Shown piece after piece: positions 10,295 through 19,231 of a stretch of DNA of 64,000 nucleotides. The notes below the pieces were generated by a model. It saw nothing but the letters and a program-made list of their open reading frames with translations. It was not told the DNA's origin and searched no databases. The position numbers were made by a program, and so were the translations under genes. Position 1 is the first letter of the stretch. The number at the start of each line of letters is the position of its first letter. The stretch comes from Nitrospirota bacterium (GTDB lineage: Bacteria > Nitrospirota > UBA9217), in NCBI GenBank assembly GCA_963755045.1, contig CAVWIL010000007.1, positions 205,322-269,321 of the forward strand. Direction: 5' to 3'.

Positions 10295-10954
10295 TAATGG
10301 AGGGCCTGATTTCGATTTTTTTGAAAGCATGTCCGCGCACCTGAGCGGCTCAGGTATCCGGTATCTGCCAATACAATCGAGCGTGATCCGGACCGCGGTG
10401 TCGAGGTCTATTTTATGGCCCGGCGACACGAACAGGGGCCTTACACTGTCCTTTGTCCGCAATACCGCGCCGACGATCCTGCCCTCGTGCGTGAGCCCGG
10501 ACCAGTCGCCTTTTCGTCCGCCCGGTTCTTTGAATTCTCCGACGAGCCTTGTTTTTGCGCAGCCGATCGTGGAGATATTAAGCAGTACACCGAGATGTGA
10601 AGCGATCCCGATCTCCCGCGGGTGCGCAATGCCCTGCCCGTCGACGAGAATGATATCTGGCTTTGTTGGGAGTTTCTTGATCGCTGCGATGATGGCATGA
10701 CCTTCCCGGAAGGAGAGAAAACCGGGGACGTAGGGGAACCTCAGCTTTTCCACGGCACACGTTGTTTCCACCAGGGTGAGCTCGGGATAACGGTAGAGGC
10801 ATGCCGCTGCATATACCAGGTCTTCCGAGAAGGCAGCGTCCACTCCTGCCACATATCGCGGTTCCCGCGTGAGGGGAATGACCCGCACCCTCTTCCTCAG
10901 CTCTTTCTGGAGTTCCCGCGCCTTTTCGATCGAGATCGTTTCCGGCCATTTCAT
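10292..10954 (-). CDS. nfi: Endonuclease V
   Basis: VAGVDAAF, YVPGFLSFREG, ILVDGQGIAHPR, GCAK motifs. Confidence 0.92.
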   Translation of the reverse strand: MKWPETISIEKARELQKELRKRVRVIPLTREPRYVAGVDAAFSEDLVYAAACLYRYPELTLVETTCAVEKLRFPYVPGFLSFREGHAIIAAIKKLPTKPDIILVDGQGIAHPREIGIASHLGVLLNISTIGCAKTRLVGEFKEPGGRKGDWSGLTHEGRIVGAVLRTKDSVRPLFVSPGHKIDLDTAVRITLDCIGRYRIPEPLRCADMLSKKSKSGPPL

Positions 10955-11089
10955 GCAAACATCACCCCTGCTTTCAGATATAATTATACTATGTTATGTT
11001 TGCTTTCGTCATTTCTGCTGATAATTAACGGAGAAATCAGGATTTTCATTTTCTGTCCCGTTCGGCTAAAACAAAAGGGGGTTGCTTCC

Positions 11090-11554
11090 ATGTTTCTCTA
11101 TCTTGTACAGCACGGTGAGGCGAAGAGGGAAGAGGATGATCCGCAGAGACGGCTCACGGACAAAGGATCCAAGGACGTTGCCAGGACCGCGATCTACGCG
11201 CAGGAACGCGGTCTCAGGCCGAGTATCATTCATCACAGCGGAAAGACCCGCGCCCTGCAGACCGCGCAGATCCTGGCCGATTACCTCAAACCGGGGAAGG
11301 GGCCGTCCCCGACAGATGCCCTCGCGCCCATGGATGATCCCGATGTTTGGGCTGGACGCATCGCCGGAATGAATGAGGATTTAATGCTTGTCGGACATCT
11401 CCCGTATATGGCAAAGCTCGCGGGCCTGCTTCTCTGCGGGGACAAAGAGAAGACGCCTATCGATTTCAAGATGGGAGGGATCGTTTGTTTAAAGCGTTTC
11501 GATGACGGGAGATGGGCACTGGAGTGGATGCTCGTGCCGGATATGGTCGGATAA
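11090..11554 (+). CDS. sixA: Phosphohistidine phosphatase SixA
   Basis: MFLYLVQHGEA start, HSGKTRALQTA, VGHLP. The 5' two-thirds of track ORF 10622..11554 is antisense to nfi. Confidence 0.85.
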   Translation: MFLYLVQHGEAKREEDDPQRRLTDKGSKDVARTAIYAQERGLRPSIIHHSGKTRALQTAQILADYLKPGKGPSPTDALAPMDDPDVWAGRIAGMNEDLMLVGHLPYMAKLAGLLLCGDKEKTPIDFKMGGIVCLKRFDDGRWALEWMLVPDMVG

Positions 11555-11607
11555 GATGTAAGGGCACATTTGGGGACAGGTCTTGAAATATAAGAAGCTG
11601 ACTCCGG

Positions 11608-11733
11608 ACGAACGCCGTGACGATCATTGACCGGACAGGGAAGAGGACCGAATTGCCGACCCTGCCGAAAACGCAAGTTGCCGCTGCAGTCATGACAGCC
11701 ATCAGTGAATTTTTAAAGAAACAGAATCCCTGA
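11608..11733 (+). pseudogene. Displaced copy of the last 126 nt of coaBC
   Basis: Hand alignment to 9530-9655 gives about 5 mismatches. Includes a TGA at the equivalent position. Confidence 0.9.
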
Positions 11734-11864
11734 CCGCATCAACCAATCCTTTCTCAAAATCAAAATACCTTCATCAAGCTTGTGATTATTTTGTAAGGGG
11801 TGTAGAATCGCTTTTGCAGCTTGCGTTTGTATACATCTTTCTGTATTAAGAAAAGGAGGAAATT

Positions 11865-12344
11865 ATGTTTAAGAAAGTCCTGGTCTGTACCGCACTTGTC
11901 ACGATGGCGATGGCCAATCCTGTCATTTCGCAGCAATCTCCACCAACGTCCGATCAGGCGAAGCGGATCGAAGCAATGGTCAACAAGGCTGCGGCGCTGG
12001 TCGAAACCCAGGGAAAGGCGGCCTTCTCCGAGTTTAGAAAGCGCGATAGCGAATGGTGGTTCGGTAACACGTATCTATTCGTCTACGATAAAGACATGAA
12101 TGTGTTACTCAACCCCGCTTTCCCGAAGCGAGAGGGAACCAATGTACATGGCGATAAAGATGTCAACGGCAAGCTCTTTCATGACGAGTTTATGAAAGTG
12201 ATTCATTCCAAGGGGTCAGGCTGGGTCGATTACATGTTCCCTAAACCTGGGCAGACCCAACCGTCCCGGAAATGGAGCTACGTGAAGGCGGTGAAGATAG
12301 ATGGAACGACGGGGCTGATCGGTGCGGGATTCTATCCCGAGTAA
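11865..12344 (+). CDS. Periplasmic single-Cache (sCache_2-like) domain protein
   Basis: Signal peptide MFKKVLVCTALVTMAMA. Motifs WWFGNTYLFVYD, GSGWVDYMFPKPG and YVK..... GAGFY are typical of cache_2. Confidence 0.7.
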   Translation: MFKKVLVCTALVTMAMANPVISQQSPPTSDQAKRIEAMVNKAAALVETQGKAAFSEFRKRDSEWWFGNTYLFVYDKDMNVLLNPAFPKREGTNVHGDKDVNGKLFHDEFMKVIHSKGSGWVDYMFPKPGQTQPSRKWSYVKAVKIDGTTGLIGAGFYPE

Positions 12345-12354
12345 CACGAGCCGG

Positions 12355-12373
12355 GCGGTTTTTCGCAAACCGC
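12355..12373 (+). terminator. Stem-loop after the Cache gene (possible terminator)
   Basis: gcggttt-ttcgc-aaaccgc, a 7-bp stem, 11 nt after the stop. No clear T-run follows. Confidence 0.3.
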
Positions 12374-12409
12374 AGTCGTCGATTTGTATAATCAAACCAC
12401 TTTGCTTTG

Positions 12410-12694
12410 CTCGAACTCGGCAAGGCGGAGGGGAAGCGGCTGCTGGTAGGGTTTGCCGCAGAAACTGACGACATTGAACAGAACGCTATAAAAAAACTGA
12501 AAGACAAACATCTCGATATGATCGTCGTCAATGACCTGCTCATTAACGGATCGGGATTCGGCGTTGATACGAACGCCGTGACGATCATTGACCGGACAGG
12601 GAAGAGGACCGAATTGCCGACCCTGCCGAAGACGCAAGTTGCCGCTTCAGTTATGACTGCCATCAGTGAATATTTAAAAAAACAGAAACACTAG
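12410..12694 (+). pseudogene. Displaced copy of the last ~285 nt of coaBC
   Basis: Hand alignment to 9371-9655 gives about 18 mismatches. The reading frame of the CoaB C-terminus is preserved (track ORF 12407..12694), ending in its own TAG. Confidence 0.9.
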
Positions 12695-12719
12695 GAACCA
12701 ACGAACCCAAGTTTTTATA

Positions 12720-12938
12720 ATGCCATTGAGGTGGTGTATGGCGGCGTTTGGTATGGAACCGGTCAACAGCACGTGTCCTTATTGCGGTGAGCCTATTGAA
12801 CTCCTCGTCGACTGCTCCGTAAGAAAGCAGAATTATATTGAGGACTGTCAAGTTTGCTGTAAGCCGATTACTGTTCGCGTAATCGTCGATGAAGAAGGGT
12901 TCCCGTCCGTCCAGGTTTCACAGGAGGACGAAGTATAA
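12720..12938 (+). CDS. CPXCG-motif cysteine-rich small protein
   Basis: CPYCGEP ... DCQVCCKPI zinc-ribbon pattern. The true start is probably the internal ATG at 12738 or 12753. Confidence 0.65.
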   Translation: MPLRWCMAAFGMEPVNSTCPYCGEPIELLVDCSVRKQNYIEDCQVCCKPITVRVIVDEEGFPSVQVSQEDEV

Positions 12939-12961
12939 CGAGTGCCGGATCTCGTTTTTTT
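12938..12961 (+). terminator. Weak rho-independent terminator candidate
   Basis: acgag-tgccggat-ctcgt followed by a T7 run directly after the stop. Confidence 0.35.
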
Positions 12962-13191
12962 CTGCGGTTCCTCACTCTGTCTTCAACCTTCACTCTTAAG
13001 CTCCCTGCCCGCAATTTCCGCTTGCCCCTTCTGCCTAAGTGGAGTATTCTTGCTTCATAAGGAGATTAGCTGTGTGCCCCCGAACTCCGAACGCTGAACT
13101 CCTAACTATAATGTACGGGAGAACACCATTGAGAAGTTTTCCCATCTCGCCGAAATTCTCCCAGAGTTTTCATTAATTAATAAGGAAAACA

Positions 13192-13252
13192 CAGATAGAA
13201 ACAACGTCCCGAAAAGGCTCCCAGATAGAAACAACGTCCCGAAAGAGGCTCC
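13192..13252 (+). repeat. 30-nt tandem duplication (2 units)
   Basis: cagatagaaacaacgtcccgaaaaggctcc / cagatagaaacaacgtcccgaaagaggctcc. In frame with the hsdS relic (DRNNVPKRLP / DRNNVPKEAP). Confidence 0.9.
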
Positions 13253-13257
13253 CGATC

Positions 13258-13668
13258 CCGAGCAAGATGATATCTTGATTGTCAGTCGCGGTGCAACGGT
13301 AGGGCGAACATGTCGCATAAACGTCGATCGGAAATTCTGCCTGATGGGCAGCGTCATTCTGATGAAGATGAGTTACCTGGGTTGATTCAAACTACACACT
13401 ATCGGCACTCAAGGCCGGATTCTTTCTCACGCGGCTTACGGTAATGTCTGGTTCAACAGCACAGCAGGCTATTTACATTCGTGATATTCGTACTTTACCG
13501 TTACCGTTGCCGCCACTTGTAAACAAAAACGTATTGTCGTCGAAATTGAACGACGCATCTCACAAGGCCGTTAAGTCGAGACGCAGGTTGATACTAATTT
13601 AAAACGTACCGAGAAGTCTTCGCGGAACATTGCTTAAACAATCATATACTGGAAATCTTGCAAGTTAG
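13258..13668 (+). pseudogene. hsdS: Relic of a type I restriction-modification specificity subunit (HsdS), multiple frameshifts
   Basis: DDILIVSRGATVGRTCRI; GSTAQQAIYIRDIRTLPLPLPPL; then EQKRIVVEIERRIS, NLKRTEK and LRGTLLKQSYTGNLAS in different frames. Confidence 0.7.
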
Positions 13669-13677
13669 AGGGCTAAC

Positions 13678-14383
13678 ATGTCAACTCCTAAGGATTTGTT
13701 AGATATTAGAAATCATTTGTATGATAGGTCAGAGCGGCTTTGGTGGATTACTATTTGGTTGGCAATTTGCACCCAGGTTTTAGCGGTTTTGGCCGTTTGG
13801 AAAAACAATACGGTATTTCTCGCCATCGTTGGGTTAATCTCGCTTATGTCGCCAATAGCAATTAATTGGATTAGAGAGCAAGCAGAAGGGCTAACAATAA
13901 AAGCAGATAAATGTCGGAGACTCATACTGTATGCTGACGGTTTAGGCGGCACAATAACGAAGGCGGAAATCGCCTCTGTTAGAGCCTGTGTAATGGGGTG
14001 GACCTTGAAAGATGCGCCATTTGTTTCTCCATATTATTCATCAGATAAACCAAAGGGGCCAAACCAGCTTAGCAGACATAGTGAGCGAGTCAGCTTTTTT
14101 TACAAACCATCTTGCGGATCGGGTAATCACGAGGCTTGTCTTCATATTAACCGGTTCCGTATTTATGGTAATTGCTATCCTCTTTATGAGTGATGTGCTA
14201 TTTGCACCGCATAATTTCGTTCAGGACAATCCAGTACCTGCCATAGCGAAATCAGTCGCATTCGTTATTGCTTTTCTTATATCAGGTGATTTTGCGCTCC
14301 TACTTAGAAAATATTTTGATTTAAAGTCGATAGCCGGTCTAACATTTAATTCGTGCGTGAAAATGCGCGATGACAACGATTAA
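13678..14383 (+). pseudogene. S-4TM/SLATT-like four-TM effector (SMODS-associated), one frameshift
   Basis: Two ORFs (13678..14193, 14012..14383) join with a shift near 14050-14068. Four predicted TM helices. It sits directly upstream of a SMODS-type nucleotidyltransferase, the usual partner. Confidence 0.55.
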
Positions 14384-14537
14384 GTTGAGCGACAAGTATT
14401 GCAGGTGGTTGAAGATTATAATATTGGCCTGATTAAAAACCCACCTATTCCCGCGGGACTCTATGGAAAATATCGTGCGGCTTTGAATCAAATATAAGAA
14501 CCAGCCATAATTCTCTGGGCTGAGTCGGAGGTTATAT

Positions 14538-15409
14538 ATGGCAGGATCACCCCAAGCCCTATTCCATCGCTTGACAGCAAGGATGCAACCTCTTCAAAGT
14601 GAATACAATAAAGCGGAAATACATTCAATAACCGTGCGAAAAAGGTTAAACCAGTCCTTTGATCTCAAGAGGTTTCTAAAAATTGGCAGTCACTCACGCA
14701 ATACAGCAATCCGACTATATAGTGATATAGACTACTTGGCGGTGTTAGCACGAAATGAGGCTAAGTGGGGCGGTAGAATCGTAAATTCATCGACATTTAT
14801 GGAAAAAGTGAGAGAGGATTTAGGTGATAGGTACACCCAAACGCAGGTGAGTGGCGATGGACAAGCGGTTATTATAAAATTTGGCGGCGGGCAACATTCT
14901 ATGGATGTGGTACCAGCAATATTTTCAAGGTTTGACAAACTGCGGCCTATTTATTGGATTCCTGACGGGAACGATGGATGGATAGAAACTAGTCCTGAAC
15001 GCCACAATAAATACATTCTAGATGCCAATGAGAGAAGCGGTTCGAAGCTTGTCAAAGTCATACGTTTACTAAAATTTTAGAAAATCTGTCGACAAGGAAC
15101 GCTTCCGCTTCAGTCTTTTCACGTCGATATTTTACTAGCCTCGAGTGATGTCTGTGTAGGCATCCGTATGCGCGATGTCTGCACGATTCATTTCAATTGT
15201 TAGCAGATCGCAAATGCAGCGGGCTTAGGGATCCTTTGGGCCTTTCCGGGATAATACGTGCGGCGAGAACGGAAACTCAAATAGACGACATTAATGCAGC
15301 TGTAGATTACTCATTACAGCATGCTAAATCCGCACTCCAGGCAGAATCATGGGGTGATTCTGAAGAGGCGGTCCGGCAGTGGGGCATCGTATTTAATGGA
15401 AATATATAG
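14538..15409 (+). pseudogene. SMODS/CD-NTase-like nucleotidyltransferase, disrupted
   Basis: GSHSRNTAIRLYSDIDYLAV (GS...DxD NTase core). In-frame TAG at 15078-15080 where LLKFW is expected. SFHVDILLA follows in frame. The C-terminus (LRDPLGLSGII...) lies in another frame (15197..15409). Confidence 0.65.
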
Positions 15410-15518
15410 ATCATTGAGGGTAAATGTCACGACTCTACTTCGATCAAAAGATAACAACGATAGTCTTGGCAGTACTTAATGACAAAACGATGGTCGAACC
15501 AGAATGCAGTGGGAGTAA

Positions 15519-16069
15519 ATGATGCCAACTACCATAACAATGGTTTGTCTTGCTGATTCTCGGAAAATTGGCGCTCATTGCGTCGCTGGGAAAATTATGG
15601 AAGGAGTGAATAAAGGAAAATGGATCAGGCCAATAAGTGGCAGGGAAGAGAGCGCTCTAACTAATAGGGATATATGTTATAAAAATGGAAAGATGCCAAA
15701 TTTGCTGGATATCATCTCCATAACAGTTAAAGGAGCGTACCTTCCAATCACCAGCAAGAGAATTGTATAATTGACGAAACTTTTTATTGGAAAAAAGAAG
15801 GTGAACTTAAGATAGAAGTGGTAAATTTGTGTGATGATACTGACGCGCTTTGGATAAACGATTACGACAGCACGTTTGGTGTAAATGATAAAATACCAAC
15901 AGTAACTGTTTATAAGAAAATCGAATCTTCTCTATTGCTAATATCGCCGCAAAATGTCAGCTATAAAGTTGGCATTGAGTATAATAAAAAAAAGGTAAGA
16001 TCTATATTTGATTTTCAAGGAAGCAATCATGTTATTACTGTTACGGATCATAGTGCTGAACAAATATGA
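15519..16069 (+). pseudogene. DuOB-like (dual OB-fold) conflict-system protein, one frameshift
   Basis: N-terminus MVCLADSRKIGAHCVAGK...WIRPISG...LLDIISI. After KGAYLP the expected NHQQENCIIDETFYWKKEGEL continues in another frame (shift near 15736-15753). C-terminus ends in VITVTDHSAEQI. The family name is from memory and not verified. Confidence 0.4.
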
Positions 16070-16201
16070 TTTAGCCAAGAAGATCGGTATTTATAAAGAG
16101 AGCAGTGATCCAATCTATTACAGCGTCAGTCTCGCTGGAGATCTAAACGGTTATTGTTACAAACTGATAGCAGGAATCATCCGATAACTCGCTAAGACAA
16201 T

Positions 16202-16834
16202 ATGGATAAAGAACTATTTACAATAGGACATTCAAACCACCAGATCGAACGATTTATCGATTTGCTGAAAATGCATGCCATTACTGCTATTTGTGACGTG
16301 CGTTCACACCCCTACAGCGGCACAATCCTCAATTCAACCGTGAAGTACTCCAGGCGCGGCTTAAGGAGAGCAATATCGCGTATGCATTCCTTGGTTCTGA
16401 ATTAGGTGCCAGAAGCAATGATATATCATGCTATAGCAATGGCAAAGTTCAATTCAATTGTCTGTCGCAAACCAGTGTATTCAAGGAGGGAATAAAGAGG
16501 GTCAAAACGGGCATGGATTCTTATCGTGTTGCTTTTGTGCGCGGAAAAAGATCCTCTTATGTGCCACAGAACGATATTGATTTGTCGTTACATGCGAAAC
16601 GAAGGCGTTTTAATTAAGCACATATTAGCCGATGGCTCTATAGAAAAAAATGCTGAGCTTGAAGAAAGGTTGATGAAGCTATTGAAAATTCCCCAGGATG
16701 ACCTTTTTATGAACCATGAGCAGCTTGTCAACCGCGCTTACGATATGCAGGGGGATAAGATCGCGCATGTGAGTGAAGAGAAACAGGATTATAATTTGAA
16801 GAGTAGCAGGAAGGGTCGGGCATGGGTACTATAA
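16202..16834 (+). pseudogene. DUF488 family protein, two frameshifts
   Basis: LFTIGHSNH..CDVRSHPYS, then HNPQFNREVLQARLKESNIAYAFLGSELG in a second frame, then LLCAEKDPLMCHRTILICRYM in a third. Shifts are near 16312-16328 and 16525-16554. Confidence 0.75.
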
Positions 16835-17268
16835 AAATTTACACGATTGGCTTCACAAAGAAGAATGCTGAGCAGTTCTTCGGCAAGCTGTGTTCTGCAG
16901 GAGTAAAACGGCTGGTAGATATTCGTCTGAATAACAGCTCTCAACTCGCAGGCTTTGCCAAGAAAGACGACCTGAAATACTTCTTAAAGAAGATATGCAA
17001 TATTGAATATGTCTATGTGGCGCAATTAGCCCCTACGAAAGAGATATTGGATGAGTATCGGAAAACGAAGAATAGCTGGCCAGTGTACGAACGGCGTTTC
17101 ATTGACCTAATGACGACCAGAAAAGTGCAAGAAACCATCTCTCAGGATGTATTAAATAATGGTTGTCTATTGTGTAGCGAAGATACTCCTGATCAATGTC
17201 ATCGTCGTCTGGTGGCTGAATATCTTAAGAGTAAATGGGATAATGTAGAAATTATTCATCTGACTTAG
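16822..17268 (+). CDS. DUF488 family protein (intact)
   Basis: IYTIGFTKKNAEQFF, VDIRLNNSSQLAGFAKK, LLCSEDTPDQCHRRLVAEYL. Confidence 0.8.
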   Translation: MGTIKIYTIGFTKKNAEQFFGKLCSAGVKRLVDIRLNNSSQLAGFAKKDDLKYFLKKICNIEYVYVAQLAPTKEILDEYRKTKNSWPVYERRFIDLMTTRKVQETISQDVLNNGCLLCSEDTPDQCHRRLVAEYLKSKWDNVEIIHLT

Positions 17269-17300
17269 TAGTACGCTGTTAATGAAAGGTTCAATCGATT

Positions 17301-17360
17301 ATGACCCCTGCGGCAATCGTTTCAAAACTCTGGAACTAATGTAACGTCCTCCGGGATACG
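17301..17360 (+). pseudogene. hsdM: N-terminal relic of a type I R-M methylase (HsdM)
   Basis: MTPAAIVSKLWN*CNVLRD matches the conserved HsdM N-terminus (..KLWNxCNVLRDDG) with an in-frame TAA. Nothing recognisable follows. Confidence 0.45.
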
Positions 17361-17577
17361 AAATCTCCGTCAGTTCGTTTAACTGCTGATCAAATTTCTT
17401 CGCCGTCTATCCTCCGATAAAACAGATCCGTCATGGCATCTTTATTTTTGCTAAACTATATAACACGCGGAGGATTCCTTATCCCGCAGAAGCTATTTGG
17501 AATCATTAACGGGGAAAAAAGTATTACAGAAAAAGCCCTTCCAGGGACAGTCTCTCAATTTATAAGGAGGCGTAGCA

Positions 17578-18474
17578 ATGAGACATTCACTAGTAAGGAC
17601 GCTGGCGCTGGCCGGAACGATGCTGCTTTTGGCCGTGGGATGTGCCACGACGCAGCCGAGTCAGCCGGCCATCAGCGAAACTCCCACCGATGTTCACATC
17701 CAGGGGCGGTGGGTCTGGGCGGAACTGTTCGCCGACAACGTCGACACGGAGAAGACCTTCTACCAGGAGGTCTTCGGCTGGCAGTTCGAAAGCCGCGGGA
17801 CGGGCACGAACATCTATACCCTTGTCCGCGTGAACGGCAGGCCGATCGCCGGGATCATTCATTATACGAAGACGGCCGATGCGGAGCGGTCGGCGAGATG
17901 GCTGCCGTTCATTTCCGTTCCTGACGCGGCACGCGCCGTTGAACAGGCGTCGGCTTCCGGCGGCAAGGTCGTTGTCCCGCTAAAAATCCGTCCCGGGCGG
18001 CGTGAGTCATCGGTCCTTGCAGACCCCGAAGGCGCGTTCTTTGGCGTGGTCCACAACGACGCCGGTGATCAGCCCGATGTGTTCCCATCCTACAACGAAT
18101 GGCTCTGGCTGGAGCTCTGGGCCAACGACGCGTCCGCGATGGCGGACTTCTACCGTCCCATTGGGGCATACACGGTGACGCGCAAGGAAGGGCAAGGGGA
18201 CCGGACAGAACTGCATCTGGTGGCAGGCGGGTTCCCGCGGGCCGGCGTCCTGGAACTTAAGCACAAGGACCGTCCCTCAACCTGGCTGCCCTATGTTCGT
18301 GTGCAGGACCTGCAGAAGACTGTGGCCAGCGTCGCCCGCGCGGGCGGCCGCGTCGTTATGGAGCCGCGCCCGGAGGTCCGGAATGGAACGGTGGCGGTGT
18401 TCCTCGACCCGCTGGGCGCTGCGGTGGCGGCGGCGGAATGGCCGGATGAGAACGAAGGGGAGGGCAAACCATGA
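17578..18474 (+). CDS. VOC (glyoxalase/bleomycin-resistance fold) family lipoprotein, two domains
   Basis: Lipobox LLLAVGC. Duplicated W.EL..D......FY...FGW / GGKV architecture. Confidence 0.7.
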   Translation: MRHSLVRTLALAGTMLLLAVGCATTQPSQPAISETPTDVHIQGRWVWAELFADNVDTEKTFYQEVFGWQFESRGTGTNIYTLVRVNGRPIAGIIHYTKTADAERSARWLPFISVPDAARAVEQASASGGKVVVPLKIRPGRRESSVLADPEGAFFGVVHNDAGDQPDVFPSYNEWLWLELWANDASAMADFYRPIGAYTVTRKEGQGDRTELHLVAGGFPRAGVLELKHKDRPSTWLPYVRVQDLQKTVASVARAGGRVVMEPRPEVRNGTVAVFLDPLGAAVAAAEWPDENEGEGKP

Positions 18475-18800
18475 AACCATATATCAACAAGAACGCTGTT
18501 GCCAGCTTGCTCCTGCTGATGGCGACGTCCATTCTTGCAGCGGGCTGCTTCTGGGGTCCCGCACCAGGATACTATGGAGACGACTATTACGGAGCACCTG
18601 CTCCCGGATACTATCGGGGCGATGTGATCATCGAAGAGCACTGGCACCAAGGCGGCGAGCGGCATGAGGAGTCTCATATGCCGGCGCGGCGCCTCCCGGA
18701 ACCGGCGCCCCGGTCGAAGTCCGCTCCGGAGCACAAACAGAAATCGGATAAGGAGCATCGGGAGAAGTCGGATCCGCATTCGGAGCATATGGAAAGATGA
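18471..18800 (+). CDS. Small lipoprotein, Gly/Tyr-rich then His/Glu/Lys-rich
   Basis: ATGA overlap with the VOC gene. Lipobox ILAAGC. Contains GYYGDDYYGAPAPGYY and EEHWHQGGERHEESH ... HSEHMER. Confidence 0.6.
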   Translation: MKPYINKNAVASLLLLMATSILAAGCFWGPAPGYYGDDYYGAPAPGYYRGDVIIEEHWHQGGERHEESHMPARRLPEPAPRSKSAPEHKQKSDKEHREKSDPHSEHMER

Positions 18801-19063
18801 GTCCGGTTCCGCAGGTGAGGCAGGGATGAACCCGGAGTTCTGATACACGGGATCGTGGCCGGCAGCGTCCCTCAACTCATCGTTCATTTACAAGTTCCAA
18901 GTGGTTTTCTGTATTGATTCTTAGTCAACACGACTGCACTCTCGCAGGTGTATTCGATATGACACGTCACTCAGGATTTTCCTCGTTCTTCTTTATCTCA
19001 CAACATCCCGTTGACCAATTGGGGCCAGATCTTCGATGTTGACAGGGCAGGAGAGAGACGTAG

Positions 19064-19133
19064 GGGACGTTGATACTCAGAGTGCTATAAGATTTAAGTC
19101 CTTTTGAAATGCAATTCAGGTGTCAACGTCCCC
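19064..19133. promoter_or_regulatory. Inverted repeat ggggacgttgata / tgtcaacgtcccc with a ~44-nt spacer
   Basis: Seen directly. Lies ~100 nt upstream of the PqiA-like gene in an AT-rich segment. Confidence 0.3.
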
Positions 19134-19231
19134 AAGATGTTTCCGGGAAAGCTGATGAAGAGGGAAACGGGTAAGGACATAAAATAATGGGGATGCTGAA
19201 GTGAGTTCAAAACTTTTCATAGGTGACTAAC

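Noticed and set aside
10622-11554. 310-aa ORF spanning the nfi-sixA region
   Set aside because: Its first two-thirds is the antisense shadow of nfi. Only the last 154 codons (from ATG 11090) resemble SixA.
13192-13252. Possible CRISPR-like repeat
   Set aside because: There are only two directly adjacent 30-nt units with no spacers. They are in frame within an hsdS relic, and no cas genes are present. It is a tandem duplication.
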